Assembly (NCBI RefSeq): GCF_002803295.2
Contig: NZ_PGGB02000007.1
Location: 57,414-89,413, forward strand
Source: Caedibacter taeniospiralis
GTDB taxonomy: Bacteria; Pseudomonadota; Gammaproteobacteria; Francisellales; Francisellaceae
Reading direction: 5' to 3'
Length of the DNA stretch: 32,000 nucleotides
Shown here: positions 27,994 to 32,000 of the stretch, piece after piece
Layout: each line of letters starts with the position of its first letter
Position numbering within the stretch: the stretch's first letter is position 1
Program-made: the position numbers and the translations under genes
The notes under the pieces: generated by a model
The model's database searches: none
What the model was told of the DNA's origin: nothing
Seen by the model: the letters and a program-made list of their open reading frames with translations, nothing else

Positions 27994-29310
27994 TCAATAT
28001 TTGAAAGGCTTTTGGCTCGGGGTATCATTCATAGATTTGAGATACGATATTTTTTGTCCAATTTTTGCCTCAAGCCCCCTATCCGTTGGGTAGTAATATT
28101 GCTGATCAACCCCCACTGGCAAGTAACGCTGCTTAACATAGCCTTCAGCGAAATCATGCGGATATTGATAACTTTGTCCTGTTAATTCACCCGCGGGTTT
28201 TATATTTCTTAGATGCAATGGAACGCTAACATCTACATAGCGTTTTAAATCGCTAAATACGTTTTTATATGCCATATAAGAAGCATTACTTTTGGGAGCA
28301 CAAGCCAGATAAATAGCCGCCTGAATCAAAGGCAATCGACCTTCTGGTAATCCCAGACGCTCATAACACTGCCAGGCATCCAGCGCTAATGTCAAGGCTC
28401 TAGGATCCGCATTACCAATATCCTCTGAAGCAATACATAACATGCGCCTTGCAATAACCAAAGGATCTGCCCCACTTTCGATCATATTAGCTAACCAAAA
28501 AATAGCCGCATCAGGATCTGATCCTCGAACTGACTTATGAAAAGCAGACAGCTGATCATAAAAATAATCGCCCTCTTTATCAAGCTTATGCGCATTTTCA
28601 GTCAACGCAATCGTAAGGAGCTCCTCACCAAGCTCAACTGGCTGTGTGGGCTGCGTCAAGTCCGCCATTAAAAATAACATTTCAAGCACATTTAATGCCT
28701 GCCGACAGTCACCTTTCGCGTAGTGGTAAATCTTCTCAATCACTGCTGTAGGCAAGCTTAAGTCATATTGTGAGAGAACTTCATCATGGATCAGCACATA
28801 TTGTAATAGCTCCCTTATATCCTCAAGTGACAACGGCTTTAGACGCAGCACAGTCAGACGTGATAGCAAAGCATTATTGACAGAGAAAAATGGATTTTCT
28901 GTCGTTGCCCCAATCAATATTAAATCTCCACTTTCTACGTGTGGCAACAAGGCATCTTGTTGTGCTTTGTTAAAGCGGTGAATCTCATCTAAAAATAAAA
29001 TCGTGGATTGCTGATGTTCTATAAAATGCGCTTTTGCCGATTCAACGGCAAGCTTGATGTCTTTCACTCCTGCGCTGACAGCTGATAATTCAATGAATTG
29101 ACATGAAAGCTCATGTGCTAATACTTTGGCTAATGTCGTTTTCCCAACCCCTGGATCACCGTATAAAATCATTGAGACAATGTGCGATTTATCAAGCATC
29201 CTTGCAAGAACTTTTTGCTCAGCCAATAAATGCTTTTGCCCAACATAGTCTTTGATGCTTTTGGGTCGCATTCGATACGCCAGCGGGACGTGAAGTTTAT
29301 TCATTGGCAT
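27994..29310 (-). CDS. rarA: Replication-associated recombination protein A (AAA+ ATPase)
   Basis: RPKSIKDYVGQKHLL; GDPGVGKTTLAKVLA; LFLDEIHRFNKAQQDALLPHVE; GATTENPFFSVNNALLSR. Confidence 0.96.
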   Translation of the reverse strand: MPMNKLHVPLAYRMRPKSIKDYVGQKHLLAEQKVLARMLDKSHIVSMILYGDPGVGKTTLAKVLAHELSCQFIELSAVSAGVKDIKLAVESAKAHFIEHQQSTILFLDEIHRFNKAQQDALLPHVESGDLILIGATTENPFFSVNNALLSRLTVLRLKPLSLEDIRELLQYVLIHDEVLSQYDLSLPTAVIEKIYHYAKGDCRQALNVLEMLFLMADLTQPTQPVELGEELLTIALTENAHKLDKEGDYFYDQLSAFHKSVRGSDPDAAIFWLANMIESGADPLVIARRMLCIASEDIGNADPRALTLALDAWQCYERLGLPEGRLPLIQAAIYLACAPKSNASYMAYKNVFSDLKRYVDVSVPLHLRNIKPAGELTGQSYQYPHDFAEGYVKQRYLPVGVDQQYYYPTDRGLEAKIGQKISYLKSMNDTPSQKPFKY

Positions 29311-30238
29311 CCTTATTTTGTTGGTAATTGTTTACAATCTCGTACAGCATGCCTTCACGTAATGCCCCATCTGACTTTAGCATTTTCTTAATCCCTAGAC
29401 GATTAAAAAGCGCATATAACACACAAAAGCCGCCTGCTAAGATGTTCTCACGATCAGCGCGTAGACCATTAAAGTGAATATTAGCCACCACCTTCTTTTG
29501 CAATAATTCTGCTGCCAGATTCTCTAATACTTCACGCATAATGCTACCATCCGACCAGTTATTAGCCAGAGCCAAATCCGAAATAGAGCGAATGGTCCCC
29601 GATGAACCAAGCACAACTTCCCAGCCTTTTTGAACGTATTCTGCAGCAACAGGGTCAATTAAGCCGTGCGCATAAGTAATGGCCTGGGCAATATTTGACA
29701 AACTTAACAAGCCATCATTAAAAAACTGACTTTGTATGCTGACACAACCCATCTCAAGACTTACTAGTGCTTTTAAATCTTGACCTTTACCAATAACAAG
29801 CTCGGTTGAGCCACCACCAATATCGATAATAAGTGCTTGTTTTTTCCTGGCTTGCGTGACTGATGATGCCCCAACATAGACAAGACGGGCTTCTTCTTCA
29901 CCTGAGATAACTTCAATTTTAGTATTTAAAATGACCTCAGCCTGGCTTAAGAAGTCTTGGATATTTTCTTTCGCTTTTCTTAATGTATAGGTGCCAACAA
30001 CTTTAACTTCATCAACTTGATAGTGTTGAATTGATAAGGCAAAATTCTGTAAACATTCCAAAGCACGCGCTTTTGCGTCATCTGTCAACGCCATATTCTC
30101 GGTAAGTCCAGCCCTAAGCTGTACTTTACTTTTGCCACGATAAAGCTCTTTAATATCACCTTCAGTGGTTACTTCTGAAATAAGCATATGGAAGCTATTA
30201 GAACCTAGATCAATTGTTGCCACTTTTTTACTCGACAT
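29297..30238 (-). CDS. Ppx/GppA family exopolyphosphatase
   Basis: VATIDLGSNSFHMLI; IEVISGEEEARLVYVG; IIDIGGGSTELVIG; LREGMLYEIV. Confidence 0.93.
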   Translation of the reverse strand: MSSKKVATIDLGSNSFHMLISEVTTEGDIKELYRGKSKVQLRAGLTENMALTDDAKARALECLQNFALSIQHYQVDEVKVVGTYTLRKAKENIQDFLSQAEVILNTKIEVISGEEEARLVYVGASSVTQARKKQALIIDIGGGSTELVIGKGQDLKALVSLEMGCVSIQSQFFNDGLLSLSNIAQAITYAHGLIDPVAAEYVQKGWEVVLGSSGTIRSISDLALANNWSDGSIMREVLENLAAELLQKKVVANIHFNGLRADRENILAGGFCVLYALFNRLGIKKMLKSDGALREGMLYEIVNNYQQNKDANE

Positions 30239-30390
30239 AATATATTACTTTTCCCGATTTTTTCTATCCCTCGGCATAATACCACAGCATATCCAAATGC
30301 AGCCTAAAAAATTAAAATTAATCTCTACACACGATTATTTATCGGGCTTAAATCTCGACTTTGGATAAAACTTTTATTTGAATAAATGCA

Positions 30391-30413
30391 AGGACGTATG
30401 CAATACGCCCCCA
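30391..30413. repeat. Imperfect palindrome aggacgtatgcaatacgccccca related to 13854..13876
   Basis: Shares cgtatgcaatacgccc with the reverse complement of 13854..13876. Confidence 0.5.
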
Positions 30414-30464
30414 CACAATGCGTCATTATGGGCAAGGATATTGTCAATGCCGAAATTTGTAAAA

Positions 30465-31565
30465 TTACGGGGCAATAGTAAGCTGATCCTGTTGCAACAC
30501 ATCTTTAATTGTTAATGCGCCATTATCGAGCCAAAAACGAGTGTCTGGCTTAGCTTGTAAAATAAGTAGTGTCATTAATGGGTGATTCAGTTTAACTAAT
30601 TTGTCATTTTGCACGCGCTTAAATAAATGTTTTCTATGATATAAAACGCCATTCTTATACTCAAACATTGGAGTATAGTTTGACGTTTCCACAGGTCGGG
30701 GAAGGTAATCTATTACACGATATTCCTTAGGCAAGACACCAGTTTGGAAAGCTTTATAAACTTCGTCAACCGACACTTGAACAGCCTCTATCATCATCTC
30801 CAGATTTTGTTTATTTTCTTTATCATATGCTCTAGCATCGCCATATGCCAGCCAAGTTTGGCTTTTACCATCTTTTTTTATGTTATTGGTAACCTCTAAT
30901 CCATATAAATTTTCTTCATTGTGCATTGTTCCAGCCAGTAACCCGCCAACTGTCGTAGAAAATATTTCCAAAGCAAGCTCTTTTCTGGGTGCTCTCAAAT
31001 GACCTGCAGCAAATGTATCTGTTAAAAAATGATTAGCAAAACCATCTTGAGCGTAAGCTAACTCTAGCAACATTCTTTGCTTTGTATTGTTAGTTTCGTT
31101 ATGCGCCGCAATGGCTGTGTCAATTGCAACTGCATGCCCAGCTGCATAAGCTTTAAAAGCGTAGCCTCCATAAGCAAAATGATCCCAGTTAGTTTCACTT
31201 AGCTGCAGCATTCTTCCCTTTGGAATATATGCGCTGATTACAGAGCCACCGCCTGTTGCAATATTGTACTCTTTATTAAGCGTGCTGTTGATTTCTTTAT
31301 ATGCTTTGGATGGTTCTTCACCACGATTTAGAGCATCATTAATCAAGTTTTTTTCTTGTTCAATAATACTCAACAGCTTTGGCACCTCGATTAGTGCACG
31401 CTTTTCCTGAGCCAAAGTATTAAAAGCATTTATAAAACGTTGCTTCCTTTCACTTTCTGTTTTGCCATCAGAGATAGGGACGTCCACAATACCAAAAAAA
31501 TCAGGCATTGCGACAAATTCACCATAAGTAAGCCTAAGCCCATTATAACCATAAAAAGATGGCAA
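30465..31565 (-). CDS. Phospholipase C-like / zinc-dependent hydrolase-like protein, probably with unresolved N-terminus
   Basis: NWDHFAYGGYAFKAYAAGHAVAIDTAIAAH...ELAYAQDGFANHFLTDTFAAGHLRAPRK, a His/Asp pattern of the phospholipase C/S1-P1 type. The start called is TTG and homologous-looking sequence continues upstream. Confidence 0.5.
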   Translation of the reverse strand: MPSFYGYNGLRLTYGEFVAMPDFFGIVDVPISDGKTESERKQRFINAFNTLAQEKRALIEVPKLLSIIEQEKNLINDALNRGEEPSKAYKEINSTLNKEYNIATGGGSVISAYIPKGRMLQLSETNWDHFAYGGYAFKAYAAGHAVAIDTAIAAHNETNNTKQRMLLELAYAQDGFANHFLTDTFAAGHLRAPRKELALEIFSTTVGGLLAGTMHNEENLYGLEVTNNIKKDGKSQTWLAYGDARAYDKENKQNLEMMIEAVQVSVDEVYKAFQTGVLPKEYRVIDYLPRPVETSNYTPMFEYKNGVLYHRKHLFKRVQNDKLVKLNHPLMTLLILQAKPDTRFWLDNGALTIKDVLQQDQLTIAP

Positions 31566-31916
31566 ATTTAAAGGGAGCTTTGATGCTTGCTCTTTCCCAT
31601 TTGGGAAAGATAGCTCAACACTATCTCCAATGATGGTATGTTCACCGCCATCATAACCTAGATATTAAGCCCTTCGTCATTACTCGATAGCATTTTGATT
31701 TTAGACAAATAGACCAACCTGTATCAAAGACACACCTTCTAACAAAAAATATGACTTCGGAATTTTTACCATATCCTTTTCTTCATCGTTTAAAACTTGA
31801 GTTTGTTTCATGTGATAAATTTGATTCATTTTTGGGACTCCTTTTTCATGGATTGAACAGACCACAGAAGTGAACAAAAAAGCTCTTTCACATCCTGCGA
31901 TATGATAGTTATTTGA

Positions 31917-31947
31917 GATTTTTGATTTTTGATTTTTGATTTTTGAT
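31917..31947. repeat. Tandem (GATTTTT)x4.4 heptanucleotide repeat
   Basis: gatttttgatttttgatttttgatttttgat read directly. Confidence 0.9.
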
Positions 31948-32000
31948 AGGGTGCCTCGGGCCTCATGATAGATTTTGTATATCCATACACAAAATCGAAT
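31948..32000. repeat. Second copy of the interspersed repeat element, cut by the window edge
   Basis: 53/53 identical to 17236..17288 in the same orientation. Confidence 0.9.

Noticed and set aside
1-32000. CRISPR array or phage cluster
   Set aside because: No regularly spaced direct repeats with unique spacers were seen and no phage structural or cas genes are present; the repeats found are palindromic or single tandem tracts.

Overview
This 32 kb window looks like a chromosomal segment of a gammaproteobacterium, possibly from the Legionellales (inference from gene content and protein style). Conserved housekeeping genes alternate with decayed or accessory DNA. Housekeeping genes I can recognise: accA, an MFS transporter, tldD, a TsaC/YciO/Sua5-family gene, yciB, a small zinc-finger protein, waaF, a gamma-class periplasmic chorismate mutase, luxS, epmB divergent from efp, orn, rarA and a ppx/gppA-family phosphatase. 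The accessory parts contain: an Rpn/PD-(D/E)XK transposase-like nuclease with a DNA-level repeat; a giant Ser-rich lipoprotein separated from a DUF1554-like C-terminal domain by one in-frame TGA; an IS graveyard (IS1595-like and IS256-like fragments) carrying a repeat that recurs at the right edge of the window; a YopT/C58-like cysteine protease candidate next to that graveyard; a 32-bp-arm REPIN-like inverted repeat; a dRS3-like 20-mer; a compact toxin-antitoxin pair; a tightly coupled operon with five GNAT domains plus a YhcG/DUF1016 nuclease; and a ~264 bp nested-palindrome MITE-like element. The best leads are the TGA-split lipoprotein, the C58-like protein, the GNAT/YhcG operon and the nested-palindrome element. 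No CRISPR array, rRNA or tRNA was recognised. All calls are by eye; no searches were run.
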